From Balanoglossus misakiensis (Eukaryota; Animalia; Hemichordata), in assembly GCA_040954595.2 (NCBI GenBank), contig CM082585.2:262814-326813 (forward strand): a stretch of DNA of 64,000 nt. Direction: 5' to 3'. A model generated the notes under the pieces. That model had not been told where the DNA came from, did not search any database, and worked only from the letters and a program-made list of their open reading frames with translations. This document shows positions 35,880-49,600 of the stretch, in pieces. Within the stretch, counting starts at the first letter, position 1; each line of letters starts with the position of its first letter. Both the position numbers and the translations under genes were made by a program.

Positions 35880-38632
35880 CTCTCTGGAAGACGTTGTATA
35901 GCTCAGAAAAGCACCTCTGTTTACAATACCATTTTCTGCTTGCACTGCTTTGAACTCTCTTGGCCTGACATCTGTTGTTGCACAATCAGGAAAAAACAAC
36001 AACACTTAAAAGTCGGAATGTAACACATTTAAAAACTGTATCTGCAGACATATCACAAATTTATCACATAAACCATGGTTTTAATAAGTTTACAGTAGCT
36101 GTTTAAAGTGAAAGTGATAAATGGACAGCATTGTAAAACACTGCGCGTTCAACCTTAATGTGACACAATGGAATTGTGACATTACCTGTCCATGTCATTG
36201 TTGGCTGTTTCCTCTTCTATGGATGCTTTACATGTGCCATGCCAGCTTGCAGCTGTAAAAATATTTCATTACTGTCTATTATTCTTTAAACCACTCAAAT
36301 GTGTGAAAATTATCAACACACTCACAAATTTTTATATTGAATAGAGTCAGGTGTATATGATAGATTCCTGCACATTAATTTTTGTGAAATCTGAGGGAAC
36401 ATATGCAATAATAGCAGAACTCTCTGTGTGTGATCTGTGCTGTACTGAAGTTATTTTCACTAATGAACAAGTGAATCATGACTGGCACAGAATACACTAC
36501 ATCACTCATGAAAATACCGTCTGTACCGGTATACGGCACAGGATGCATGCTAAAGTCCACGGATTCTGCTATTTTAGTATGGTACATTTCCCCATGGTCA
36601 TTGTTTATAAGTGGAGATTGTAGCTGCAAACTTACCTTTCTCAAGTCACCTTTCAGATAGCTTCTACTTTTGTTATTACCATATAGAAACTTCTGGAGTT
36701 CTGGTCACCTATTCATTTTTACTGAGTTTCCACAGCATCTGAGAATAGAATTTAAAATGATAACAAAAAACTTAACTATCATACTAATAAAAAAAATGTT
36801 CAAACATCATTCCTGGTGATTTTAAAGAATACTGGGCCAATACCAAAATAGTGAGAAGCATGCATAAGTCACTGCAGTATTAATGTTTACAGGCATACTT
36901 CATGTTGTACAGTAATAATAAACTTATTCCTGTACATCTAACATTTTTGACTAGTGTACTTTTGATATCAAAATGATATAAAATGCATTTTCCTGTACAT
37001 ACTGACCATTCCTTGCAATAAATAGATTGATTAGTCGGCCAGTTTGCCAAACACAGTCTTCCCATCAATAAATCTTTGTGACTAATTGCCATGCTTACTT
37101 TTAATAACTGTAAATAGGTAAGTCCTTACCTGTAATCTCCATCAGTCTTTCCAAAATCCACATTGAAGTATGTGATGAATCTGTTGTAGTCTATCAAAAC
37201 TTACGGCCAGATCTCTAGATGGATTGTGGTGATTGGTAAATAAATACCTGACCCTGACCAAGCCCATTAACGATTCACATCTGAGAAGGGGAAAATTTAA
37301 AAAAATCTTCATATATTATTTTTGTATTGTTTACCTTTCAACAACTTGTCAATTGATACATGAAGCATCTGCTGGGCATCTCACAACTAATTCATTATGA
37401 AACTAGTCAGACAGTGGAACAAATGGAACCCAAAATAACCAAAGACCACAATTTAAATTAAGGTAAATATTTCATAAATGCTTAGGTTTCAAAGTTGAAG
37501 GAAACACTTTCTTCACTTCACTGATCAGGTTATCAACCAATCCTTGCATTTCTCTGACATGTTGTTCGTCTACCTCTATGCACAAGTACAAAAACCTATG
37601 TCAAGTGAAAGAAGAGAGGCGTCATAAAAATATAATTATTTTGATACTTTAACAAAAGGAAATTCTTCATAAAACATTTTCACCATGAGAAATACACACA
37701 CAAGTATATAATAGTTTTGCTTCAGATTTTCACAGCTCTACAGCCATAACCAGATACCCAAGTAACTTTATATACAATTAATGATACACATGGCATTTTC
37801 AAAAAATGGGAGCTAAATATCAAACTTAAATGTAATCCCTAAAACAAATGATAAAGTTAATGTTATAACCTACCTCACTGATGAGGTGCCACAATCGTAG
37901 ATACTCAGGTGGTACGTTAGAAGCCAGTATGAATGGGGCCACCTGGGCCCACAACTTGAAGTCCCTTCCGATAAACGACTTGTGTTTGTAGACAAATGAT
38001 GGGGATAGAGTTCGTTTGAAAGCTGTTCAATCAAATACCTAACGTAATAATGAAACTGGTCTGTAAATACATATTGCCAATTAAACCATAATGTCAATTA
38101 CAATATTGATTTATACACGGGCGATTGAATTGTCAGCACATTTACATGATGCACAAGCAAACACAATGGACTTTGTTCCAGTATTGTAACATAGTATGAA
38201 TAAAACTTCTGATTCATCATTTAAAGAAAATTAAATACTTAAATTATACTAAATTTCTTACCTTTAATTTGTGCTCTATTTCCAGTTTATCATGAGCTCC
38301 AATCACTTCAAATGTTAATTGGGTAAATATTTTTACTATTCCCAATTCAATGTTATGTAGTTTCTCAAAAGAGATCTAAATGTACAGTTGAAAACACATA
38401 AAGGTAATTAATATTTCAACTGTAAGTTTACACTTACAATGACCTTGAATTTTCAAGAGGATGTGAACATTGGTATGTTATAAGTGGTCATCCATGGATG
38501 CAAACAAATGCTTACCTTACCACCAGTCATGTGTATAATGTAACCCACCAGCCATTATCAAATGATTCCAGTTCCATTAGTGGATTATAAGTGTCACTAA
38601 TGCCATATTTAGTTCTCAGTTTCTTTTTCATC
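35880..38632 (-). pseudogene. C-terminal half of the transposase (copy 2)
   Basis: Same exons as copy 1 within the duplicated unit; an ~80-bp deletion near 37482 removes the IHMLLHL..GP..TER segment and its donor. Confidence 0.72.
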
Positions 38633-38773
38633 CTAGTATGAAAACAATTTCACATTAAAATTCATGGAGCACAATTTTTAAGATTAAAACAAAATACAAA
38701 ACAAAACAAAACAGTACACCTAGCCTTGCACATTCATGCCCAGTGACATGCATTGGAACCTTCCTAATACTTA

Positions 38774-41700
38774 GGGACCGTTCAGTTTTTACGGCTGGGG
38801 GTCGGCAAGTTTGAGTCATCGGTTTTCAAAATCAGACCGACGCCCCCCCCCTTCACCCAGCACCAAAAAATGATGACCCCCCTTTGACAGACCCAAAAAT
38901 ATGATGACCCCCCCCCCCACGCTGAAAACATTTGCTGTCCTGATCCTATGTACACTGTATGCAATAAAGGGAATGAGGCTCCTCACACCTCAATTATAAA
39001 TTTCTTATAATAATACATATAACTGTCGTGGCATAAAGTCATCAGTAGACTCTATTATGTCTCTCTGTAACGATCATGATGTTATACTCGTTCAAGAACA
39101 CTGGCTGACGGAAGCGGAACTACCTCTTCTGTCGAGTATTCACAAAGGCTTTAATGCATGTGGTATTTCTGCCATTCAAGATGACTGTGGAATTCGCATC
39201 GGGCGTCCATTTGGTGGAGTTGCAATCATGTGGCGTAAATCCTTGGGACAAAACTTTTCAATAAAATATTTAGATGATACAAGACTTTTAGGTGCTGATA
39301 TTGTTACATCTTCTGGAAAACTTTTTATTTTATGTGCGTACCTTCCGACCTGTTCTGGAGAAAATTATGACACTTATATGAATTATTTGGCAAAAATTAA
39401 TTGCATTATTAATGATATTGACACAACGAATGGTATAATTCTTGGCGATTTTAATGCTAACTTTGGTACAATATTTGCTAGGGAGCTTGATATTTTTTGT
39501 AAAGAACATAATTTGTATATCTCCGATGTTGAAAAGCTTGGTAGATGCAATGATAATTTTACATTCGTTAGTGATGCACATGGTAGTACAGGTTGGTTGG
39601 ACCATATTTTGAGCACCCATGCAGTACATAATGCTATTTCTAGTATTGGTATTTTGTATGATTATGTGTCCTCTGACCATTTTCCTCTTTCTGTAAATAT
39701 TGATATTGTTGGGTTAGTACATACAGATCCGATTCCACAAAATGTTACCAATGCTCATGCGAAGCCTAACTGGAGTAAAGCAACGCCCAGGAACTTGTCT
39801 GCTTATGATCATATGACGGAGTGCTTACTCCGTAAACTGGATATCCCAAATGTTGCTCTTGTATGTCGAGATCCTAACTGTAAGAATATAGATCACATTA
39901 GCAGTCTAAATTCTTTGTATTCGAATATTGTTACTTCTCTAAAATCAGCTGCGTTGAACTGCATTCCTGCTTCGAAGGCAGAGGGGTTGGGTTTTAAAAC
40001 TGTTCCAGGTTGGAATGATCATGTACGTGATTTTCACAATGCCGCTCGTGATGCATTTAAATTATGGGCTGCTAATGGCAGGCCTAGGTTTGGCCCGCTC
40101 TTTGATCTCATGCGCAGAACTCGTGCAAAATTTAAGTCGGTTTTACGGGCGTGTAGAAGAGATGAAAACCTAGCCAGGGCCCAGTCTTTGGCCAACAACT
40201 TGACGCAGGGGGGTACACGTAAGTTTTGGCAGTCTGTACATACCACTCGTGGTTGTTTATCTTCGCTTCCGACCAGTGTAGGTGGCTGCACCGGTCATGA
40301 AAATGTTGCCGATATGTGGAAACAACATTATGAAAGTTTGTTGAATTCTGTTTCGAACTGTCGTGATAGGGCATTTGTACTGTCATCGTTAAAAGAAACT
40401 GGTTCCCACAACAATGCCATGGTTGTTACTGCGATGGAACTAAAAGGGTGTATTGATAAGCTTGAGAAGGGAAAGGCATTGGGCTATGATGGTCTTGGTG
40501 CTTAACATCTCATGTATGCAAGTCCAATCATTTGCGTTATGTTGAGTTTATGTTTTACTAGTTTTTTTACTCATGGTTATTTACCCGAGACTTTGATGCA
40601 CGCCATTATTTGTCCTATTGTGAAGGATAAATCCAAAGATCTTACTTCTGTGGATAATTATAGGCCCATTGCAATTGTCACGGCCATCTCGAAAGTTCTG
40701 GAACTTTGTATTCTATCTCGTATTGATTCACTCTTAGATACAAGCAATTTACAGTTTGGTTTTAAAGTAATCACTCTACCGACATGTGTATCTTTGTTCT
40801 CAAAGAAATTGTTGACTTTTATAAGAGGCATAATACGCCAGTTTACCTCTGTTTTATGGATGCTACGAAAGCTTTTGATAGGGTCAACCACTGGACTTTG
40901 TTTAGAAAATTGATTAACTGCAAGATACCTCTTTTTATTATTCGTATTTTACAATATTGGTATAGTAATCAATGCTTTTCTGTGCGCTGGGCATCTGTAA
41001 TTTCTAATTCCTTCAGTGTTATTAACGGTGTACGGCAAGGAAGTATTCTTTCACCCAAACTGTTCGCTATATATGTAGATGATTTAAGCGGTCAGCTGCA
41101 ATCAGCCGGGGGTTGGCTGTTACCTAGCTAATACCATTGTTAACCATTTGTTCTATGCAGACGATTTAGTCTTGATTTGTCCGTCGGTCAAAGCATTACA
41201 GAAACTGAGTAACATTTGTGAACTTTATGGAAATGAGCATGATATTATTTTTCATACTGCAAAGACATAGTGTATGGCAATTTTCCCAAAGTCTTGGAAA
41301 GCACACAGAATATCTTGTGTATATTTGTATGGTAAACCTCTTAAGTATGTATGTACAAAAAAGTATCTTGGCTATATTATGTCCTCTTCGGGTATGGATG
41401 ATGCTGATATGCAGTGGCAGCTTCGTTGCTTTTATGCTAGAGCTAATTTTATTTTGCGTAATTTTGGCCATTGCTCACATAAGGTGAAGTGTACTCTTTT
41501 TAAAAGTTTTTTATATAGTGTTTATTGTCTTAACGTGTGGTGTAACTACAATGTCAAACAAATGTCTACTTTAAAAGTTGCGTATAACAATGCCTTAAGA
41601 TTGATTTTTAATCTGAAACGCGATGTAAGCATAAGTCATAACTTTGTAAGTAGGAATATTTTGAACTTCACCTCGCTACATCGAAAATTGTTTTTTTCCT

Positions 41701-42545
41701 TTTGCCAACGCTTACAAAAAAGCGGTAACCCGGTTATCCGCAGCTGTGTACAGACTGACTCTTACTTTTTATCTACATTCTGGGGGCATTGCAGGGTTGT
41801 TCTTTATTAAGTGTTTGGGATTTTTTTTTCTTTTGTGTCTTTCTTTTATGGAGTTGTTCTGGGTTTGTTTTGTATGTTTTTTGTTTGTTTGTTTGGTTTT
41901 TTTTACAGTATGGGCATACGGCCTGAATTAAAGAATAAATAAAATAAAATAAAATATCGTTGCAATAAAGAAATCTATGAACAAAATAAAATGACAAGTC
42001 AATACAATACTTGCTAGAATTGTTAAAACAAGAAAAGTGGCGGGGGTGTGCGTGGGAGGGATGTTCCCCTCCCACATAAGAAAATTTTGTAAAATACGGT
42101 GCTCAAAGTTGCATTTTAATGAACTCAAAAGCAAACTAACTCAATGTTAGGCAGGACAAATTTTGATTTCCACTCAAAGTAAGAATAGGGGTGGGGTGGG
42201 AATAAGTCTGACATGGTACACATGGTCCCACATAAGAAAATTTTGTAAAATATGTAGCTCAAAGTTGCATTTTTATGAACTCAAAAGCAAATTCATCTCA
42301 ATATTTGGGAGGACCAATTTTTCATTTTGAAATTCCACTCAAAGTAAGAAGATTTGGCGTCATCTTCATCATGACATCATTTATAAAGCTTCCAGCATAT
42401 AAAAGATGGAGCATGAAACTATCAGTTATGCGAAATGGTTTAAACGATTATTCTCTTGTATGTATTACTTTGTTAAATATTATCATCAGTGGGGTTGGGG
42501 TGGCAAGCATTCTGCCCTGGTACACTAGACAAACCAGCAAAATTT
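38774..42545. mobile_element. MITE A, right-truncated copy, split by a LINE
   Basis: MITE sequence ...cttataataata|tcgttgcaat is interrupted from 39016 to 41954. Confidence 0.85.
39016..41954 (+). mobile_element. 5'-truncated, decayed LINE (ORF2 only; RTE-X/Proto2-like, clade uncertain)
   Basis: Starts at APE TYNCRG; VQEHWL, GDFN, SDH, NYRPIAI, MDATKAFD, GVRQGSILSP, YADD (41154-41165). Stop at 40503 and frameshifts at ~40765 and ~41110. T-rich 3' UTR and (TAAAA)n tail. Confidence 0.9.
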
Positions 42546-42561
42546 TTCTCTAGGGTACATG

Positions 42562-43641
42562 ATTACATGTAGTATTTACAAAACGAGTGGCTGTTTCCAT
42601 TTCACCAAAGAAAGTGCCATTGATTCAGTGTATTATCTTTGAAAGGACTTGTGTTTACCCCTCCACAAAACAAAAAAAATAGCATCAAGGACACTGTGGT
42701 CCCATTTGAGGATTATGCAGAAACAGTGACACACCAGAATAAAAATTACAGGTGACATTGCAAGCAGATATGATCTTACGATATAGAAATATGGAATGTA
42801 AAAAAATTGAAGTCATGCTTGACAATGATGTCTTCAAGAGGCGCTGTATACAGTGTGAAGAGAATCGGTCCCAAAACAGGACCTTGGGGTACGCCATATG
42901 TCATATTTGAACTGGATGATGTAAATGAACCGATCTTTACACACTGATTACGATTGCTGAGATAGGATCTGAACCATGATAAAGCTAAGCTTTACCAGTG
43001 ATGCCAAAATGGAATTGAAGTCTGTGAAGGAGTATATCATGGTCCACCGTATCTCATAAACCATGGTTTTAATAAGTTTACAGTAGCTGTTTAAAGTGAA
43101 AGTGATAAATGAACAGCATTGTAAAACACTGCGTGTTCAACCTTGTGACACAATGGAGTTGTGACATTACCTGTCCATGTCATTGTTGGCTGTTTCCTCC
43201 TCTATGGATGCTTCACATGTGCCATGCCAGCTTGCAGCTGTAAAAATATTTCATTACTATCTATTATTCAAATGTGTGAAAATTATCAACACACTCACAA
43301 ATTTTTTTATTGAATAGAGTCAGGTGTATATGATAGATTCTTGCACATTAATTTTTGTGAAATCTGAGGGAACATATGCAATAATAGCAGAACTCTATGT
43401 GTGTGATCTGTGCTGTACTGAAGTTATTTTCACTAATGAACAAGTGAAATCATGACTGGCACAGAATACACTGCATCACTCATGAAAATACCGTCTGTAC
43501 CGGTATATGGCACAGGATGCATGCAAAAGTCCACGGATTCTGCTATTTTAGTATGCTACATTTCCCCATGGTCATTGTTTATAAGTGGAGATTGTAGCTG
43601 CAAACTTACCTTTGTCAAGTTACCTTTCACATAGCTTCTAC
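42562..43641. repeat. Tandem segmental duplication, unit 3 (partial, internally deleted, cut off by the satellite)
   Basis: Matches unit 1 at 19784-20031 and 21030-21631, then switches abruptly to satellite at tagcttctac|tcattctg. Confidence 0.88.
42809..43054 (-). pseudogene. Isolated internal RT fragment of an L2/CR1-group LINE
   Basis: Minus strand reads DTVDHDILLHRLQFHFGITGK..SWFRSYLSNRNQCVKI..YGVPQGPVLGPILFTLYTAPL; no tail and no TSD. Confidence 0.8.
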
Positions 43642-46600
43642 TCATTCTGTAACTGTTCCACTTAAATCTTGGAGAGAACAAACAAAGCCTTGAAACTATA
43701 CATAAGTCTTTTTAGTAAAACATGGCCCGTTATGTGACCATACCTTGAATTCCATTTATGATGTAAGAAATTAAATTATGATGTAAAAAATTAAATTATT
43801 TGCAATATTAATGTATCACTTACAACATTCCGGCATAACACTTTCCATATTTGTTTTCATTTTGTGACTGTTCCACTTAAATCTTGTAGAGAATTCGTTA
43901 TTCCACAACAAAGCCTTGAAACTATACATAAGTCTTTTTAGTAAAACATGGCCCGTTTTGTCACCATTCTTTGAATTCCATTTATGATGTAAGAAATTAA
44001 ATTATTTACAATATTAATCTATCCCTTACAACAATCTGGCATAACGCTTTCCATATTTGTTTTCATTCTGTGACTGTTCCACTTAAATCTTGTAGAGAAT
44101 TCGTTATTCCAAAACAAAGCCTTGAAACTATACATAAGTCTTTTTAGTAAAACATGGCCCGCGATTTGACCATTCTTTGAATTTCATTTATGATGTAAGA
44201 AATTAAATTATTTGCAATATTAAACTATCCCTTAAAACATTCCAGCATAACTATTTGAATATTTGTTTTAATTCTGTAACTGTTCCACTTAAATCTTTGA
44301 GAGAATTCGGTATTTCAACACAAACCCTTGAAACTATACATGTCTTTTTAGTAAAACATGGCCCGTTATGTGACCATTCTTTGAATAACATTTATGACTT
44401 AAGAAATTAAATTATTTGCAATATTAATCTATCCCTTACAACATTCCGGCATAACGCTTTCCATATTTGTTTTCATTCTGTGACTGTTCCACTTAAATCT
44501 TGGAGAGAATTTGTTATTCCAACACAAAGCCTTGAAACTATAACATAAGTCTTTTTAGTAAAACATGGCCCGTTATGTGACCATTCTTTGAATTCCATTT
44601 ATGATGTAAGAAATTAAATTATTTGCAATATTAATCTATCCCTTACAACATTCTGACATCACTGTTTTCATATTTGTTTTCATTTTGTGACTGTTCCACT
44701 TAAATCTTGTAGATAATTCGTTATTCCAAAACAAAGCCTTGAAACTATACATAAGTCTTTTTAGTAAAACATAGCCTGTTATTTGACCATTCTTTGAATT
44801 TCATTTATGATGTAAGAAATTAAATTATTTGCAATATTAATCTATCCCTTACAACATTCCAGCATAACTATTTGAATATTTGTTTTCATTCTGTAACTGT
44901 TCAACTTAAATCTTGGAGAGAATTCGTTATTCCAAAACAAAGCCTTAAAACTATACATAAGTCTTATTTAGTAAAACATGGCCCGTTATGTGACCATTCT
45001 TTGAATTCCCTTTATGATGTAAGAAATTAAATTGTTTGCAATATTAATCTATCCCTTACAACATTCCGGCATAACTATTTCCATATTTGTTTTCATTCTG
45101 TAACTGTTCCACTTAAATCGTGTAGAGAATTCGTTATTCCAAAACAAAGCCTTGAAACTATAACATAAGTCTTTTTAGTAAAACATATCCAGTTATGTGA
45201 CCATTCTTTGAATTCATTTTTAATGTAAGAATTTAAATTATTTGCAATATTAATCTATCCCTTACAACATTCCAGCATAACTCTTTCCATATTTGTTTTC
45301 ATTCTGTGACTGTTCCACTTAAATCTTTTAGAGAATTCGTTATTCCAAAACAAAGCCTTGAAACTATACATAAGTCTTTTTGTAAAACATGGCCCGTTAT
45401 GTGACCATTCTTTGAATTCCATTTATGATGTAAGAAATTAAATTATTTGCAATATTAATCTATCCCTTACAACATTCCAGCATATCTCTTTCCATATTTG
45501 TTTTCATTCTGTGACTGTTCCACTTAAATCTTGTAGAGAATTCGTTATTCCAAAACAAAGCCTTGAAACTATAACATAAGTCTTTTTAGTAAAACATATC
45601 CAGTTATGTGACCATTCTTTGAATTCCATTTATGATGTAAGAAATTAAATTTTATGCAATATTAATCTATCCCTTACAACATTTCAGCATAACTCTTTCC
45701 ATATTTGTTTTCATTCTGTGACTGTGCCACTTAAATCTTGTAGAGAATTCGTTATTCCAAAACAAAGCCTTGAAACTATACATATCCTGTTACGTGACGT
45801 TTCTTTGAATTCCATTTATGATGTAAGAAATTAAATTATTTGCAATATTAATCTATTCCTTACAACATTCCGGCATAACTCTTTCCATATTTGTTTTCAT
45901 TCTGTAACTGTTACACTTAAATCTTGTAGAGAATTCGTTATTCCAAAACAAAGCCTTCAAACTATACATATTAAGTCTTTATAGTAAAACATGGCCCGTT
46001 ATTTGACCATTCTTTGAATTTCATTTATGATGTAAGAAATTAAATTATTTGCAATATATAACTCTCCCTTACAACATTCCAACATAACTCTTTCCATATT
46101 TGTTTTCATTATGTAACTGTTCCACTTAAATCGTGTAGAGAATTCGTTATTCCAAAACAAAGCCTTGAAACTATAACATAAGTCTTTTTAGTAAAACATA
46201 TCCAGTTATGTGACCATTCTTTGAATTCATTTTATGATGTAAGAATTTAAATTATTTGCAATATTAATCTATCCCTTACAACATTCCAGCATAAATATTT
46301 GAATATTTGTTTTCATTCTGTAACTGTTCAACTTAAATCTTGTAGAGAATTCGTTATTCCAAAACAAAGCCTTGAAACTATACATAAGTCTTTTTGTAAA
46401 ACATGGCCCGTTATGTGACCATTCTTTGAATTCCATTTATGATGGAAGAAATTAAATTATTTGCAATATTAATCTATCCCTTACAACATTCCAGCATATC
46501 TCTTTCCATATTTGTTTTCATTCTGTGACTGTTCCACTTAAATCTTGTAGAGAATTCGTTATTCCAAAACAGAGCCTTGAAACTATAACATAAGTCTTTT

Positions 46601-49600
46601 TAGTAAAACATATCCAGTTATGTGACCATTCTTTGAATTCATTTTATGATGTAAGAAATTAAATTATTTGCAATATTAATCTATCCCTTACAACATTCCA
46701 GCATAACTCTTTCCATATTTGTTTTCATTCTGTGACTGTTCCACTTAAATCTTGTAGAGAATTCGTTATTCCAAAACAAAGCCTTGAAACTATACATAAG
46801 TCTTTTTGTAAAACATGGCCCGTTATGTGAACATTCTTTGAATTCCATTTATGATGTAAGAAATTAAATTATTTGCAATATTAATCTATCCCTTACAACA
46901 TTCCGGCATAACGCTTTCCATATTTGTTTTCATTCTGTGACAGTTCAACTTAAATCTTGTAGAGAATTCGTTATTTCAAAACAAAGCCTTCAAACTATAC
47001 ATATTAAGTCTTTTTAGTAAAACATGGCCCGTTATTTGACCATTCTTTGAATTTCATTTATGATGTAAGAAATTAAATTATTTGCAATATATAACTATCC
47101 CTTACAACATTCCAACATAACTCTTTCCATATTAGTTTTCAATCTGTAACTGTTCCACTTAAATCTTGTAGAGAATTCGTTATTCCAAAACAAAGCCTTG
47201 AAACTATACATATTAAGTCTTTTTAGTAAAACATGGCCCGTTATTTGACCATTCTTTGAATTTCATTTATGATGTAAGAATTTAAATTATTTGCAATATT
47301 AATCTATCCCTTACAACATTCCAGCATAACTCTTTCCATATTTGTTTTCATTCTGTGACTGTTCCACTTAAATCTTGAAGAGAATTCGTTATTCCAAAAC
47401 AAAGCCTTGAAACTATACATAAGTCTTTTTCTAAAACATGGCCCGTTATGTGACCATTCTTTGAATTCTATTTATGATGGAAGAAATTAAATTATTTGCA
47501 ATATTAATCTATCCCTTACAACATTCCAGCATATCTCTTTCCATATTTGTTTTCATTCTGTGACTGTTCCACTTAAATCTTGTAGAGAATTCGTTATTCC
47601 AAAACAAAGCCTTGAAACTATTCATAAGTCTTTTTAGTAAAACATATCCAGTTATGTGACCATTCTTTGAATTCATTTTATGATGTAAGAAATTAAATTA
47701 TTTGCAATATTAATCTATCCCTTACAACATTCCAGCATATCTCTTTCCATATTTGTTTTCATTCTGTGACTGTTCCACTTAAATCTTGTAGAGAATTCGT
47801 TATTCCATAACAAAGCCTTGAAACTATAACATAAGTCTTTTTAGTAAAACATATCCAGTTATGTGACCATTCTTTGAATTCATTTTATGATGTAAGAAAT
47901 TAAATTATTTGCAATATTAATCTATCCCTTACAACATTCCAGCATATCTCTTTCCATATTTGCTTTCATTCTGTGACTGTTCCACTTAAATCTTGTAGAG
48001 AATTCGTTATTCCAAAACAAAGCCTTGAAACTATAACATAAGTCTTTTTAGTAAAACATATCCAGTTATGTGACCATTCTTTGAATTCCATTTATGATGT
48101 AAGAAATTAAATTTTATGCAATATTAATCTATCCCTTACAACATTTCAGCATAACTCTTTCCATATTTGTTTTCATTCTGTGACTGTGCCACTTAAATCT
48201 TGTAGAGAATTCGTTATTCCAAAACAAAGCCTTGAAACTATACATATCCTGTTACGTGACGTTTCTTTGAATTCCATTTATGATGTAAGAAATTAAATTA
48301 TTTGCAATATTAATCTATTCCTTACAACATTCCGGCATAACTCTTTCCATATTTGTTTTCATTCTGTAACTGTTACACTTAAATCTTGTAGAGAATTCGT
48401 TATTCCAAAACAAAGCCTTCAAACTATACATATTAAGTCTTTATAGTAAAACATGGCCCGTTATTTGACCATTCTTTGAATTTCATTTATGATGTAAGAA
48501 ATTAAATTATTTGCAATATATAACTCTCCCTTACAACATTCCAACATAACTCTTTCCATATTTGTTTTCATTATGTAACTGTTCCACTTAAATCGTGTAG
48601 AGAATTCGTTATTCCAAAACAAAGCCTTGAAACTATAACATAAGTCTTTTTAGTAAAACATATCCAGTTATGTGACCATTCTTTGAATTCATTTTATGAT
48701 GTAAGAATTTAAATTATTTGCAATATTAATCTATCCCTTACAACATTCCAGCATAAATATTTGAATATTTGTTTTCATTCTGTAACTTTTCAACTTAAAT
48801 CTTGTAGAGAATTCGTTATTCCAAAACAAAGCCTTGAAACTATACATAAGTCTTTTTGTAAAACATGGCCCGTTATGTGACCATTCTTTGAATTCCATTT
48901 ATGATGGAAGAAATTAAATTATTTGCAATATTAATCTATCCCTTACAACATTCCAGCATATCTCTTTCCATATTTGTTTTCATTCTGTGACTGTTCCACT
49001 TAAATCTTGTAGAGAATTCGTTATTCCAAAACAGAGCCTTGAAACTATAACATAAGTCTTTTTAGTAAAACATATCCAGTTATGTGACCATTCTTTGAAT
49101 TCATTTTATGATGTAAGAAATTAAATTATTTGCAATATTAATCTATCCCTTACAACATTCCAGCATAACTCTTTCCATATTTGTTTTCATTCTGTGACTG
49201 TTCCACTTAAATCTTGTAGAGAATTCGTTATTCCAAAACAAAGCCTTGAAACTATACATAAGTCTTTTTGTAAAACATGGCCCGTTATGTGAACATTCTT
49301 TGAATTCCATTTATGATGTAAGAAATTAAATTATTTGCAATATTAATCTATCCCTTACAACATTCCGGCATAACGCTTTCCATATTTGTTGTCATTCTGT
49401 GACAGTTCAACTTAAATCTTGTAGAGAATTCGTTATTTCAAAACAAAGCCTTCAAACTATACATATTAAGTCTTTTTAGTAAAACATGGCCCGTTATTTG
49501 ACCATTCTTTGAATTTCATTTATGATGTAAGAAATTAAATTATTTGCAATATATAACTATCCCTTACAACATTCCAACATAACTCTTTCCATATTAGTTT

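Larger units (their letters stand above)
29422..42561. repeat. Tandem segmental duplication, unit 2 (~4.9-kb core plus BEL and LINE insertions)
   Basis: Colinear with unit 1; contains the empty site for the RTE-X insertion at ~36967-36980. Confidence 0.92.
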
